The notes under the pieces: generated by a model
What the model was told of the DNA's origin: nothing
Database searches by the model: none
The model's input: the letters and a program-made list of their open reading frames with translations, nothing else
In this document: piece after piece, positions 1-9,469 of the stretch
Numbering within the stretch: position 1 is the stretch's first letter
How the letters are laid out: every line of letters starts with the position of its first letter
Program-made: the position numbers and the translations under genes
Source of the DNA: an uncultured Verrucomicrobiae bacterium
Lineage (GTDB): Bacteria > Verrucomicrobiota > Verrucomicrobiia > Chthoniobacterales > JAFAMB01
Direction of reading: 5' to 3'
Assembly: GCA_963762565.1 (NCBI GenBank)
Contig: CAVXLD010000003.1
Coordinates: 736,001 to 800,000 of the forward strand
DNA length: 64,000 nt

Positions 1-1002
1 CACTACGGCACGACGCGAATTTACGGCATCCGCTACGGATACGAAGGCTTGGTGCCGCGCTTCGGGCATGTGCCGTTGACGCTTCGGCCCGAATCCGTTT
101 CTACCATCCACACTTTCGGCGGCACGGTTTTGGGCAGTTCACGAGGCCCCCAAGATGTCGCTGAGATGGTTGATCATTTGGAGGAGCTGGACGTCGATAT
201 CCTGTTCGTCATCGGCGGCGACGGTACGCTACGGGGTGCAGCCGCCATCAATGCCGAACTTCGCCGGCGCGGCCTGCCTAAGAGCGTGATCGGGATCCCG
301 AAGACGATCGATAACGATATCATGTATATCGACAAGAGTTTCGGCTTCGAGACTGCATTTGCGGAGGCGGTGAAAGCCGTGACCGCCGCCTATGTGGAGG
401 CGATCGGAGCGGTGAACGGGATCGGGTTGGTTAAGCTCATGGGGCGTCATTCCGGGTTCATTGGTTGTTTTGCCACCTTGGCGGCTCAACATGTTAATTT
501 CTGTCTGATTCCAGAGGTGCCCTTTGAGTTAGAAGGCAGCCGTGGCCTGTTGGAAACGCTCCGGCATCGCATCGCCCAACGCAAACACGCCGTGATCGTA
601 GTGGCGGAAGGAGCCGGGCAAGATTTGATGCAAGTCGGCAATGAAACGGATGCATCCGGCAATATACGCTTAGGCGACATCGGCCTGTTCCTGAAGGAGA
701 AGGTCAGCCAATTTTTTGCGGATCGCCGGATGGAGATAAACCTGAAATACGTCGACCCGAGTTACCTGATCAGAAGTGTGCCCGCCTCGGCGCAAGACAA
801 CGTCTATTGCACCCGGTTGGCTCAAGCGGCTGTCCATGCGGGAATGAGCGGGCGAACGAATATGTTAGTAGGGAGATGGCACGGATCATTCGTTCACATT
901 CCATTTGATCTCGTTACCCATGGCCGGCGCCGAGTTGAGCCCGAAGGGGATCTCTGGCTTTCTGTTCTCGAAACAACCGGTCAGCCTGCCAGGATGAGGT
1001 AG
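1..1002 (+). CDS. pfkA: 6-phosphofructokinase (ATP/PPi-dependent family), 5' partial
   Basis: Frame is open from base 1 (HYGTTRIYGIRYGYEGL); motifs GGTVLGSSRG, IGGDGT, PKTIDND, MGRHSG. Confidence 0.92.
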   Translation, partial: HYGTTRIYGIRYGYEGLVPRFGHVPLTLRPESVSTIHTFGGTVLGSSRGPQDVAEMVDHLEELDVDILFVIGGDGTLRGAAAINAELRRRGLPKSVIGIPKTIDNDIMYIDKSFGFETAFAEAVKAVTAAYVEAIGAVNGIGLVKLMGRHSGFIGCFATLAAQHVNFCLIPEVPFELEGSRGLLETLRHRIAQRKHAVIVVAEGAGQDLMQVGNETDASGNIRLGDIGLFLKEKVSQFFADRRMEINLKYVDPSYLIRSVPASAQDNVYCTRLAQAAVHAGMSGRTNMLVGRWHGSFVHIPFDLVTHGRRRVEPEGDLWLSVLETTGQPARMR

Positions 1003-1029
1003 CGAGCGGAGCTCGCTTAGGCTCGCTCC

Positions 1030-1213
1030 GAGGAGCTGGGATCTAGAATCTAGGAGCTAGGAGAGTGTGCGAGGATTGCATGGCATACCCCGGGGGCACT
1101 CATGGCGCTCGGTGCGGCGAACAAATGGGACTGATAGGACCTATGGGACCAATGTGGGTGGGGCCGAGACGCTCTCCTAGCTCCTAGCTCCTAGCTCCTA
1201 GCTCCTAGCTCCT
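1030..1213. repeat. Inverted 7-mer arrays (TAGGAGC ... GCTCCTA) flanking a core
   Basis: GGAGCTAG-like copies at ~1030-1062 and 5+ tandem CTCCTAG at 1174-1213; same arrays at 5372-5404/5656-5668, 17840-17871 and 30440-30472. Confidence 0.8.
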
Positions 1214-1987
1214 CGAAACAAGCATCAGGCGAGTCGCAGCGGTCATCATTCTCAGAAAATAGATCAGATAAGCCAGGAAACAGACGAATTGCAGGATGGC
1301 TGGCAGCACGACCCACTCTGGCCAACGCGCGCCTGCCTCAAAGCAAAACCAGGCGGCGCCGGCATGAAACGCGATCAGTGCGGGTACGAGGCAAAAAATG
1401 TTAAGATTTTGGTCTTTGCGCACCAGAACCATCAATCGTTCCAGCCCGCGACCGGCTACGTCCTTTGTGCGCCTGGAAATCAATCTCTGATCCAGGATGA
1501 ACAGAAACCATACGACGATTGAAAAGCAGGTGAGTGTTCCGTACCAGGCAACAGAATTGCCGAGCTGGCCAAATGCGACGGCCTCCAAGAAGGCGGCGCC
1601 GAAGTAGAAAAAGTTGTGCGTAAAATCCAGGGGCCAACGAATCAATGTCAGAGTGTGGCCGACCGATCTGGACCAAAACAGAAGGATTAAGAGGAGGCCG
1701 TTCGCGATGCATGGCACATCCTGAATCCGGCCATGATGCAACGCGCTGATCGCATTCTCGCAAAGAAAGGAAAGGGCGACGCCTTGGATGATGCTGGTTA
1801 GCGTCAGTTCAATGTTGATGATCAAGCTGTCGAGCTGGGGACGATCACCGATCAAGGATTCGAGTCGGGGGGGATTCGGAGGTCCAGACAAGGTGAACCT
1901 AAGATAGCCGCTTTGGCTTTCTTCCGCCAGGACGGGACTCGCCTTAGGCTCGTTCCGAACGAGCAAATCGCAAATCGCAGATAGCAA
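1205..1987 (-). CDS. Hypothetical integral membrane protein
   Basis: About 6 hydrophobic segments; true start uncertain, probably downstream of 1987. Confidence 0.65.
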   Translation of the reverse strand: MLSAICDLLVRNEPKASPVLAEESQSGYLRFTLSGPPNPPRLESLIGDRPQLDSLIINIELTLTSIIQGVALSFLCENAISALHHGRIQDVPCIANGLLLILLFWSRSVGHTLTLIRWPLDFTHNFFYFGAAFLEAVAFGQLGNSVAWYGTLTCFSIVVWFLFILDQRLISRRTKDVAGRGLERLMVLVRKDQNLNIFCLVPALIAFHAGAAWFCFEAGARWPEWVVLPAILQFVCFLAYLIYFLRMMTAATRLMLVSRS

Positions 1988-2055
1988 ATAGCAAGTACGG
2001 AGACGCTGGGCAGCTGGACATATTTGCTATCCGCTATCTGCTATTTGCTCCAAGC

Positions 2056-2180
2056 TGGGGAGGGATCGCGTCCCCGCGATCCGTGTTCTCGAAGTCGCTC
2101 GCGTGTAGCGGCCCGGGATACAAATCGCGTCCTAGCGCCTAAAACATTTTCGCGGCGCGCGAGGACGCGCGCCCTCCCCA
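2056..2180. repeat. Palindromic repeat family C (GGGAGGGATCGCGTCC ... GGACGCGCGCCCTCCC)
   Basis: Terminal inverted repeats; relatives at 19992-20118, 21745-21988 and 38719-38919. Confidence 0.8.
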
Positions 2181-2542
2181 CCCTGGGAACCGGCCGTCCC
2201 CCTCCGCGTTGGCACGCTCCTTGCACGCGTTCACCCACCTATAGGGCCGTTCCGGTTAATTGGTAAACGTTCTGCCCCGTAAGACCGTCGATAGGTTCAA
2301 AGACTCTAATGTTCCCCCGAACAGATAGGAGAACATATGAGTAGAATTGGAAGTACGGATGGACTGAGCATTATTGCTCGTTACACAAGTGTGGTCGCGA
2401 TCGCGATCACCTCCACAGCGGGATCGCTGCCAAACAACGTCTCAGAAGACGACCTGCGCAGCGATCAGATTGCCATGGAACAGCGGGGGGCAGAAGAGGT
2501 GATTCGTGATTGGTGATTGGTGATTGGTCGGGTGCCGATGGC

Positions 2543-2757
2543 TGGTGGGGCGAGGCTCCCGAATGACCGGGCCCCTTCAGCAGGGAAATCGATCCACACC
2601 AATTGACTCGCGCGATTAGATCGAAAAACGTGCCGAGCCGTGACCCATCGCCAGACCGCGGCTCGGCGCGCATTTTGGCCTAAGAGCACCCTGTTTCATG
2701 GCGCGCATCATATCCTTCGCTTACCAGTCGAGGCCATTCGGGAGCCTCGCCCCACCA
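2543..2757. repeat. Palindromic repeat family D (TGGTGGGGCGAGGCTCCCG ... CGGGAGCCTCGCCCCACCA)
   Basis: About 20-bp terminal inverted repeats flanked by GGTGATT/AATCACC arrays; second copy 5423-5637, partial copies ~30490 and ~39210. Confidence 0.82.
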
Positions 2758-2852
2758 AATTAGGGCGCTAGCCCCACCAATCACTAATCACTAGTCACCA
2801 ATCACATCTTTCGGCCTCTTTACGTCTCCACCGCTTTGCATGACACTCCTGC

Positions 2853-3791
2853 ATGGCATCTGCGCAGTTTCCGGATGAACAGAGTGACATGGGCGAGTTT
2901 GAGCGCCAGGAGGACGCGTTTCGCGACTGGGTTACAGCGGACGGAAGTTCTGGGTATCCGGCAGTCGCCGGCCGCTATCACCTTTACGTATCGTTGGCGT
3001 GTCCGTGGGCCAGTCGCATCATCATCGTCAGGCACCTCAAACGGCTTGAAAAGATCATTGGGATGACGGTGGTCGACCCGATCCGCGATGATCGCGGTTG
3101 GGCTTTCCGCGAGGGCCCGGGCCACACGGCGGATCCGATCAATGGATTCAAATTTCTGAGCGAAGCCTATTCGCTGACTAAGCCGGACTACGACGGCCGA
3201 GTAACGGTGCCGGTTCTGTGGGATAGGGAGAAGAAACTGATCGTCAGTAATTCCGATGACGATCTGATGCGGATGTTTAACTCAGCCTTCGATAACCTGG
3301 GCGCTGCCAGCCTCGATCTCTACCCGGAGGAACACCGGAAGGAAATCGACCAGTTGAATGAATTGATCTATGAGACGGTCAACAATGGCGTTTACCGGGC
3401 CGGATTTGCTACCTCCCAAAGCGCGTACGAAAAATCGGTCATACGGCTGTTTGAGACACTCGACCTGCTGGAGGAACGGCTTTCCCAAAGACGATTTCTC
3501 TTCGGGAACACCCCGTTAGAGACCGATTGGCGGCTGTTTGTAAGCCTGGTGCGATTCGATGCCGTCTACCACGGACATTTTAAATGTAATTTACGTAGAA
3601 TCGTCGATTACAAGAACTTGTTCAGCTACTTACGTGACTTGTATCAACAACCAGGAATCGCTGAAACCGTTAATTTCGACCACATCAAGCGGCATTACTA
3701 CTACACCCACGACGACATCAATCCCACCCGGATTGTACCCCTCGGACCGATCCAGGATTTGGGGGCGCCGCATGGAAGGCGCCGAGTGTGA
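2853..3791 (+). CDS. yqjG: Glutathionyl-hydroquinone reductase (GST Xi class)
   Basis: YHLYVSLACPWASR, GRVTVPVLWD, NNGVYRAGFA, RFDAVYHGHFKCN. Confidence 0.93.
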   Translation: MASAQFPDEQSDMGEFERQEDAFRDWVTADGSSGYPAVAGRYHLYVSLACPWASRIIIVRHLKRLEKIIGMTVVDPIRDDRGWAFREGPGHTADPINGFKFLSEAYSLTKPDYDGRVTVPVLWDREKKLIVSNSDDDLMRMFNSAFDNLGAASLDLYPEEHRKEIDQLNELIYETVNNGVYRAGFATSQSAYEKSVIRLFETLDLLEERLSQRRFLFGNTPLETDWRLFVSLVRFDAVYHGHFKCNLRRIVDYKNLFSYLRDLYQQPGIAETVNFDHIKRHYYYTHDDINPTRIVPLGPIQDLGAPHGRRRV

Positions 3792-4076
3792 CTGGAGGGG
3801 AGCCGCTTTGGCGCGTCCGGTAAAAAACCGGCGGATTCTTCCCAGAGCGAGCCCAACCGGAAAACATGAAAGCAGGCGGCTCCCGGGAGCGTCTCAACGT
3901 GCAGAAGTTCTGCAGTGGTGCTAGTCAATGCCTTTAGGCAACAGAACGAGGGATCATAGCGTCGCGCTGGAGACATTCCCGGGAGCCGCCTGCTATCGTG
4001 CACACCTTGGCCGCACGGGCGTAAATACCAAATATCGTCGGGTCCTATACAAAACTCCAAAGCGGCTCCCCTCCAG
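3792..4076. mobile_element. MITE-like palindromic element family A (CTGGAGGGGAGCCGCTTTG ... CAAAGCGGCTCCCCTCCAG)
   Basis: Terminal inverted repeats plus internal CAGGCGGCTCCCGGG/CCCGGGAGCCGCCTG pair; 7 copies in window; no coding capacity. Confidence 0.75.
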
Positions 4077-4147
4077 AAATTTGCCGTTTGCTTTTCCCGG
4101 ACCCTGGCACTAGGAACCTCGCTTTGAAATCTTGGGTTTTTAATAAG

Positions 4148-5371
4148 ATGGTTGGCTCCTACACCTTGGGACAAGAGACCCAACAAGAACCGTCGCGCCT
4201 TTCGCCGAGGTTGTCCTTACCCGCCTCTTTCGGCTCGGTTGCGGTGGTGGATCAGGTTGGTCGAGAGGACCAGCCGGCCTTCGAGTTTGGATTTCGCCGC
4301 TATGCTCTCGATCACCGCTACTACGAGATCACTCGATCGGCCCTGGGAGAACAGTTTGAACACCTTTTTCTGCTGCTGAAGGATGCCAGCGGGACGACCA
4401 GAGCGGTGCAGCCGTTTCTGTTGGTGCGCCAGGACTTGGTGGTAGGGACACCGGCCTTCGTTCGCCGCTCGGCGGAGTTGGTCCGGAGGCTTTTACCATC
4501 CTTTCTAAAGCTGCCCATGATCATGGTTGGTTGTTCAGCCGGAGAAGGAGACGTCGCCTGTGATACGGTCTCAGGCGAGATCGGCTGGACGGTGAATGGC
4601 CTCAAAGAGGTTTTGCCCCAGGTGAGCAGATCGCTCGGAGCCTGGATGATTGTTTTCAAAGACTATCCGAAGAGTTACCGTCCATTTCTAGATTTGATGG
4701 TTACGGGTGGATTTACCCGGGTACCGAGCATGCCGGCCACCGGTATGGAACTGAGTTTTCGCAATTTTGAGGAGTACCTCAGCTCCAGACTTAGTCACGC
4801 TATGCGGAAGAACCTGCGCCGTAAGTTCCGCAAGAGCGCCAGCGGACCAGCAATCCAATTTGAAGTGGTCACTGACATCACACCTTACGTCGAGGAAGTC
4901 TTACCGCTTTACCGGGGCGTTTACGATCGCGCTGCTCAGAAATTCGAAGAACTGAACGCGAATTACTTGTCGGAATTGGGCAAGAGAATGCCGGATCGTT
5001 GCCGGTTTCTGATTTGGCGGATAGAAGGCCGGATCGTGGCTTTCGCCTCCTGCATCGTCCATGACGGCGTCCTACGCGACAACTATATCGGACTGGACTA
5101 TACCGTGGCGCTCGACCGGCACCTTTATTTTGTCACGTGGCGAGATACCGTGATTTGGGCAATGGAAAATGGGATTCGCTACTATCACAGTGCACCACTC
5201 AACTACGATCCCAAGTTGCATTTTCGAATGGACCTCGAGCCATTGGATCTCTATGTCCGGGCAACCAGTTCGTTGTTCAATCCAATTCTCCGGCGCTTGC
5301 TCCCGATTCTTGAACCGACGCGTTATGATCCGGTTATAAAGAACTTTTCGAACGCAAACGAGCTCTGGTGA
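4148..5371 (+). CDS. GNAT/FemAB-like acyltransferase
   Basis: FEEYLSSRLSHAMRKNLRRK, YIGLDY and NYDPKL motifs typical of FemAB-like GNATs; start taken at ATG 4148. Confidence 0.75.
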   Translation: MVGSYTLGQETQQEPSRLSPRLSLPASFGSVAVVDQVGREDQPAFEFGFRRYALDHRYYEITRSALGEQFEHLFLLLKDASGTTRAVQPFLLVRQDLVVGTPAFVRRSAELVRRLLPSFLKLPMIMVGCSAGEGDVACDTVSGEIGWTVNGLKEVLPQVSRSLGAWMIVFKDYPKSYRPFLDLMVTGGFTRVPSMPATGMELSFRNFEEYLSSRLSHAMRKNLRRKFRKSASGPAIQFEVVTDITPYVEEVLPLYRGVYDRAAQKFEELNANYLSELGKRMPDRCRFLIWRIEGRIVAFASCIVHDGVLRDNYIGLDYTVALDRHLYFVTWRDTVIWAMENGIRYYHSAPLNYDPKLHFRMDLEPLDLYVRATSSLFNPILRRLLPILEPTRYDPVIKNFSNANELW

Positions 5372-5422
5372 GGAGCTAGGAGGTAGAATCTAGGAGCTAG
5401 GAGGCTGTGCGCAGCAGCAAAC

Positions 5423-5637
5423 TTGGTGGGGCGAGGCTCCCGCACGTTCTTGTCGGCAATTCAGGGGACTGCAACTTTGAACTGAATTTTGCTGCGTTTG
5501 GCCGTTGTGCGCGCCGAGCCGTGGACCCAGCGCTGGACCACGGCTCGGCGGGCCTGTCGCTCTAGCAGCACGATGGACGTTAGAAAAGTCTGCTGCCCGC
5601 GAATCCGTTGGATTATTCGGGAGCCTCGCCCCACCAA
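5423..5637. repeat. Palindromic repeat family D copy
   Basis: TTGGTGGGGCGAGGCTCCCG ... CGGGAGCCTCGCCCCACCAA. Confidence 0.8.
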
Positions 5638-5712
5638 TTTTCTATCGCGCACACCCTCCTAGCTCCTTCCTCCCGTTGACGGCGTTTCTGCACCTGTGGC
5701 AGAATCGCGCCC

Positions 5713-6219
5713 GTGCTGCCTAAGAAGTTTCTGTTTGTTGCTATCGGCCTGGCGCTTGTTCTGGCCGGCTGTGAGACGGCGCCCCCGTACTCTTATCAAT
5801 ACAATCCTGCCTACACGGCCTACGTGGAAGGATCTTTAGCCAACCCGCCAGCAAAAGCGCCAGCGATTGTGCGACAGGCAATCGCAGCGGGAAATGAGTT
5901 GATCGGTAAACCGTACCGGTACGGAGGTGGTCATAGAACATTCTACGATAACGGCTATGATTGTTCCGGCGCGGTTTCGTATGTTCTCCATGCGATCGGC
6001 CGGCTGGAGACACCGACCCCTTCCCAAGTTTTTCGTGGATACGGAGACCACGGCGCTGGGCGGTGGGTCACGATCTACGCAGGCAGGGGGCACGTTTTTC
6101 TAGTGATCGCCGGCCTACGTTTTGACACGGGCTACGGTGATCATACCCACGGGCCACGCTGGCAGACCCGGTCCCGGCCCGCTAATGGATATGTACTTCG
6201 ACATCCGCCTGGGCTGTGA
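5713..6219 (+). CDS. NlpC/P60 family peptidoglycan hydrolase lipoprotein
   Basis: Lipobox LAGC; PYRYGGG, YDCSGAVS and GHVFL. Confidence 0.88.
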   Translation: MLPKKFLFVAIGLALVLAGCETAPPYSYQYNPAYTAYVEGSLANPPAKAPAIVRQAIAAGNELIGKPYRYGGGHRTFYDNGYDCSGAVSYVLHAIGRLETPTPSQVFRGYGDHGAGRWVTIYAGRGHVFLVIAGLRFDTGYGDHTHGPRWQTRSRPANGYVLRHPPGL

Positions 6220-6450
6220 CGGGTGAGAAGTGATTGGTGAGAGGTGAGAGGGATGCGTGGGGAAGCACAAAGCGTGTTGAAGTGGTGCGGGGGTGAAAGG
6301 TGAAAAGTGAAAGGTAACAGCAGGTCACCGAACCGCCTTTACCCATTTTGTACCGATTCCACACAGCAGAATGGTCTTGGCGTAGCCTGAGCATTCTGCG
6401 ATAGCATCCAACGCTTACAAAAGCGTATGCTTTTGGGAGCGTTGGATGCT

Positions 6451-8211
6451 ATGGGCGTCGATGTATTCATAAGTTACGCGATTGCGGATAAGCTCACGGC
6501 AGATGCTGCCTGTGCGGCCTTGGAATCTGCGGGGATCCGTTGTTGGATTGCACCTCGCGATGTTCTGCCGGGAATGGACTACGCAGAAGCGATCATTGAA
6601 GCACTTGAGAAATGCCGCGGGATGCTCCTGATTTTTTCCTCGAACGCAAATCGCTCGAACCAAGTGAAGCGCGAAGTTGAGCGAGCGGTACATCATGGTA
6701 TCCCGATCATCCCTTTTCGTATCGAAGATGTGCCGCCAGCCCGAGCTCTGGAATATTATATCAGCTCACCGCATTGGCTCGATGCTCTTACGCCGCCGCT
6801 GGAGCAACATCTGAAGCAGCTCGCCTCCACCATTCAGATTTTGCTGGATCGGGCGAGCAGCCAGAGCAGTCAAGCGCCGGCAGGTCGCCGCGAGGAAAGG
6901 CTCGTTAGCCGCGTCTCTCAGCCGGCGGGCCCTGGCGCGCAAACCCCGAGCTCTGGCGCGCAAACCCCGAGCTCTGGCGGGACACAGTCCGGCTCGACAG
7001 GGGCCGCTCCGCAGAGCGGTTTTCCTGCTCATCCCAGCAGCGTCCCTGGAACGGTTGGGGGAGTGCCGCCTCCGGCGAAGCGAAAAGCTCCGGTGGCAGT
7101 GATCATCGTAATCGCGGTCCTGGCCTTTCTGGTGATCGCGTTCGTTTGTTTTGGGTTAGTTGCAGCGTATGTCGTCAGCCAAGGCCTAAAAAGAGAACAT
7201 GTAGCTGTACAGGTGCCCAGCCCAACCGCATTCTCGCCTTCACCCAAACCGCAACCTACTGAGACCTCGACTCCGACGGATGCAACCAGTGCCTTAGCAG
7301 CGGGTCAGACGCATGAAACGCAAGGCGACTACCAGACTGCAGTCAGTGATTACTCCGTGGCTATTCAACTGGATCCAAGCAATGCTGAATCCTATAGCAA
7401 ACGCGGCAACTGCTATAAGAATCTCGGGCAGTACGATCAAGCGCTAAGCGACTACAATACGGCGATCCGTTTGCGGCCGGATAATCCTGACTATTACAAT
7501 GACCGCGGAATCGTGCTTTGGAAGACGAAGCAGTACGACAACGCCATCGCAGACTACAACCAGGCGTTACACCTGAACGGCAACGTTTCCCGGGCCTATA
7601 ATAATCGGGGACTAGCCTATTACGACAAGGGCAATGTTCAGCAAGCGCTGAGCGACTATGACGCTGCCATGAAGGCAGACCCGCAGTTTGCCGATCCTTA
7701 CTACAATCGCGGCCTGCTGCATTATTACTCCAAGGAATACGATCCGGCGATTTCTGATTTCTCGGCCGCGATCGAACGCGAGCAGAGATACGCCAACGCT
7801 TATTACATGCGCGCACTTTGCTATCAGACCTTAGGAAACTATAAAAAAGCCATCAGCGACTATTCCTATGCGATCGATATCAACGACAATTTCTTGGATG
7901 CTTATAACAACCGGGGTTTGTGCTATGACGATTTAAAGGATGTCGATCACGCGATGTCTGACTATAACGAAGCGATCCGGAGAGACCAGAGTTACATGCT
8001 GGCGTACTATAACCGAGGCATCGCTCTGTCCGAGAAAGGAAAGCCTGAGGACGCCATTAACGACTTTAACGAAGCGATCCGTCTCAATCCGAACTACGGC
8101 CGGGCATACTATAACCGGGCAACGGCTTACCAGAAACTGGGGCAGGGGGATAAGGCCAAGGCCGATTTCGCCGAAGCGCGTCGCCTAGGAGTAACGGGCG
8201 GTAATCGGTGA
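6451..8211 (+). CDS. TIR domain / transmembrane / TPR-repeat protein
   Basis: N-terminal DVFISY..CWIAPRD..SNQVKREV (TIR_2 type), Pro/Ser linker, one TM helix, about 9 TPRs (AYNNRG ... A.SDY..AI); alternative start 6427. Confidence 0.9.
   Translation: MGVDVFISYAIADKLTADAACAALESAGIRCWIAPRDVLPGMDYAEAIIEALEKCRGMLLIFSSNANRSNQVKREVERAVHHGIPIIPFRIEDVPPARALEYYISSPHWLDALTPPLEQHLKQLASTIQILLDRASSQSSQAPAGRREERLVSRVSQPAGPGAQTPSSGAQTPSSGGTQSGSTGAAPQSGFPAHPSSVPGTVGGVPPPAKRKAPVAVIIVIAVLAFLVIAFVCFGLVAAYVVSQGLKREHVAVQVPSPTAFSPSPKPQPTETSTPTDATSALAAGQTHETQGDYQTAVSDYSVAIQLDPSNAESYSKRGNCYKNLGQYDQALSDYNTAIRLRPDNPDYYNDRGIVLWKTKQYDNAIADYNQALHLNGNVSRAYNNRGLAYYDKGNVQQALSDYDAAMKADPQFADPYYNRGLLHYYSKEYDPAISDFSAAIEREQRYANAYYMRALCYQTLGNYKKAISDYSYAIDINDNFLDAYNNRGLCYDDLKDVDHAMSDYNEAIRRDQSYMLAYYNRGIALSEKGKPEDAINDFNEAIRLNPNYGRAYYNRATAYQKLGQGDKAKADFAEARRLGVTGGNR
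6932..6979 (+). repeat. In-frame 21-bp tandem duplication (GAQTPSS x2)
   Basis: CTGGCGCGCAAACCCCGAGCT twice plus a partial copy. Confidence 0.9.
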
Positions 8212-8382
8212 GCCAAACTTGTTCGTGCGGCATCCCAGGCAGTAAACGGCCAGGCTACTATCATATGGTCCCTCCGGGCTGCCTTTTTTGGCGTGTGTTT
8301 GTAGGCGCTATCCTGTATAAGTGAAAGCTTGGCTGCAGGAGGTTGGCACTAGCAGGATTTAACCAGCGAAGCTCCTACTACC

Positions 8383-9192
8383 GTGGAATCAATTTCAGTC
8401 CGAAGCGTACAGGCTTTGATGAGCAGCCTGGAAATGATCCACGGCGCGGAGGACTTAAAGCAATTCCCGGGCGTCGTGTTTAACGCGCTTGGCCACTTGA
8501 TCGAGGGCAGCCTTTTTTCATTGGACACATTCAACGTCAAGACAGGGGAAGTGATTAGTGCGACGAGCGACAATGTCCCAATCTCTTGCGAGATAAAGAA
8601 ACGGATTGTGGAATTGGTTCCGACGAATCCGGTCATCCCGATTGCGCTGAATGGCGCCAAAGGCGCGATCAGGCTCACCGATTGTATCAGTCAACGCCAG
8701 TTTGAACAGACCGCCCTTTACTTAGACGTTTTTAGACCGCTCCAAATACGCCACCAAACGGTGGTCACGCTTGACATCCCTGGGCATATCGCCGGGGTCA
8801 CCGTAAACCGGGACAAAGATTTCACCGACGAAGAAGCGCTCCTGCTAAGCTTGGCCGCCCCACATTTGGCTCTGGCCCATCGGAACCTTCAACGCATAGA
8901 AGCGATGAGAATCGCCGCAGATGAGGTCGTTCCGGGCCCCCAGGATCTCGAGCGGATTGGACTAACTCCGCGAGAGGCCGAAGTGTTACACTGGGTGATA
9001 AAAGGAAAACAGGACGGGGTCATTGCCACTATCCTAAGAATCAGCGTTCGAACCGTTCACCAGCACATCGCCCGCATCCTTCGAAAGCTCCAATCTGAGA
9101 CCCGCGGATCAGCAGGCTATGAGGCAATGGTCAAATTCAAGGGGCTACAGAATTGTTCCCTGAGCGGCATCGGTGAACCAGTGGCAGATTAG
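8383..9192 (+). CDS. LuxR-family HTH transcriptional regulator with GAF-like sensor
   Basis: C-terminal LTPREAEVLHWV..GK...IA..L.IS.RTV..H. Confidence 0.88.
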   Translation: MESISVRSVQALMSSLEMIHGAEDLKQFPGVVFNALGHLIEGSLFSLDTFNVKTGEVISATSDNVPISCEIKKRIVELVPTNPVIPIALNGAKGAIRLTDCISQRQFEQTALYLDVFRPLQIRHQTVVTLDIPGHIAGVTVNRDKDFTDEEALLLSLAAPHLALAHRNLQRIEAMRIAADEVVPGPQDLERIGLTPREAEVLHWVIKGKQDGVIATILRISVRTVHQHIARILRKLQSETRGSAGYEAMVKFKGLQNCSLSGIGEPVAD

Positions 9193-9271
9193 GCTGTTTG
9201 CTCCTAATCCTACGAACAAAGGCACAAGAGACGCACGCCGTTGTCCGGTACCGAAGCGCTAGGTTTTCGGC

Positions 9272-9432
9272 ATCGTCCTCGTGCTCGTGCTCGCCCTCGT
9301 GCTCGAAAAAACGGCTCCAACGCCATCTCGTGCGCAGACTCCGACGACAAAAACGAAACCCGGCGGACCTAGTCCTGGATCGCGACATATCTTGTCTGTC
9401 GCCTTTCGAGCACGAGCACGAGCACGAGGATG
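9272..9432. repeat. Repeat family F (CTCGTCCTCGTGCTCG ... CGAGCACGAGGA) inverted arms
   Basis: Related arms at 22948-23155, 46080-46470, 47945-48066 and 52243-52405. Confidence 0.75.
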
Positions 9433-9469
9433 AGGGTGAGAAGATCTCCGCGCGATCGACTTTGCGTTC

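Noticed and set aside
6451..8211. Thoeris defence system
   Set aside because: TIR is fused to TM-TPR and no ThsA-type SIR2 or Macro effector gene is adjacent.
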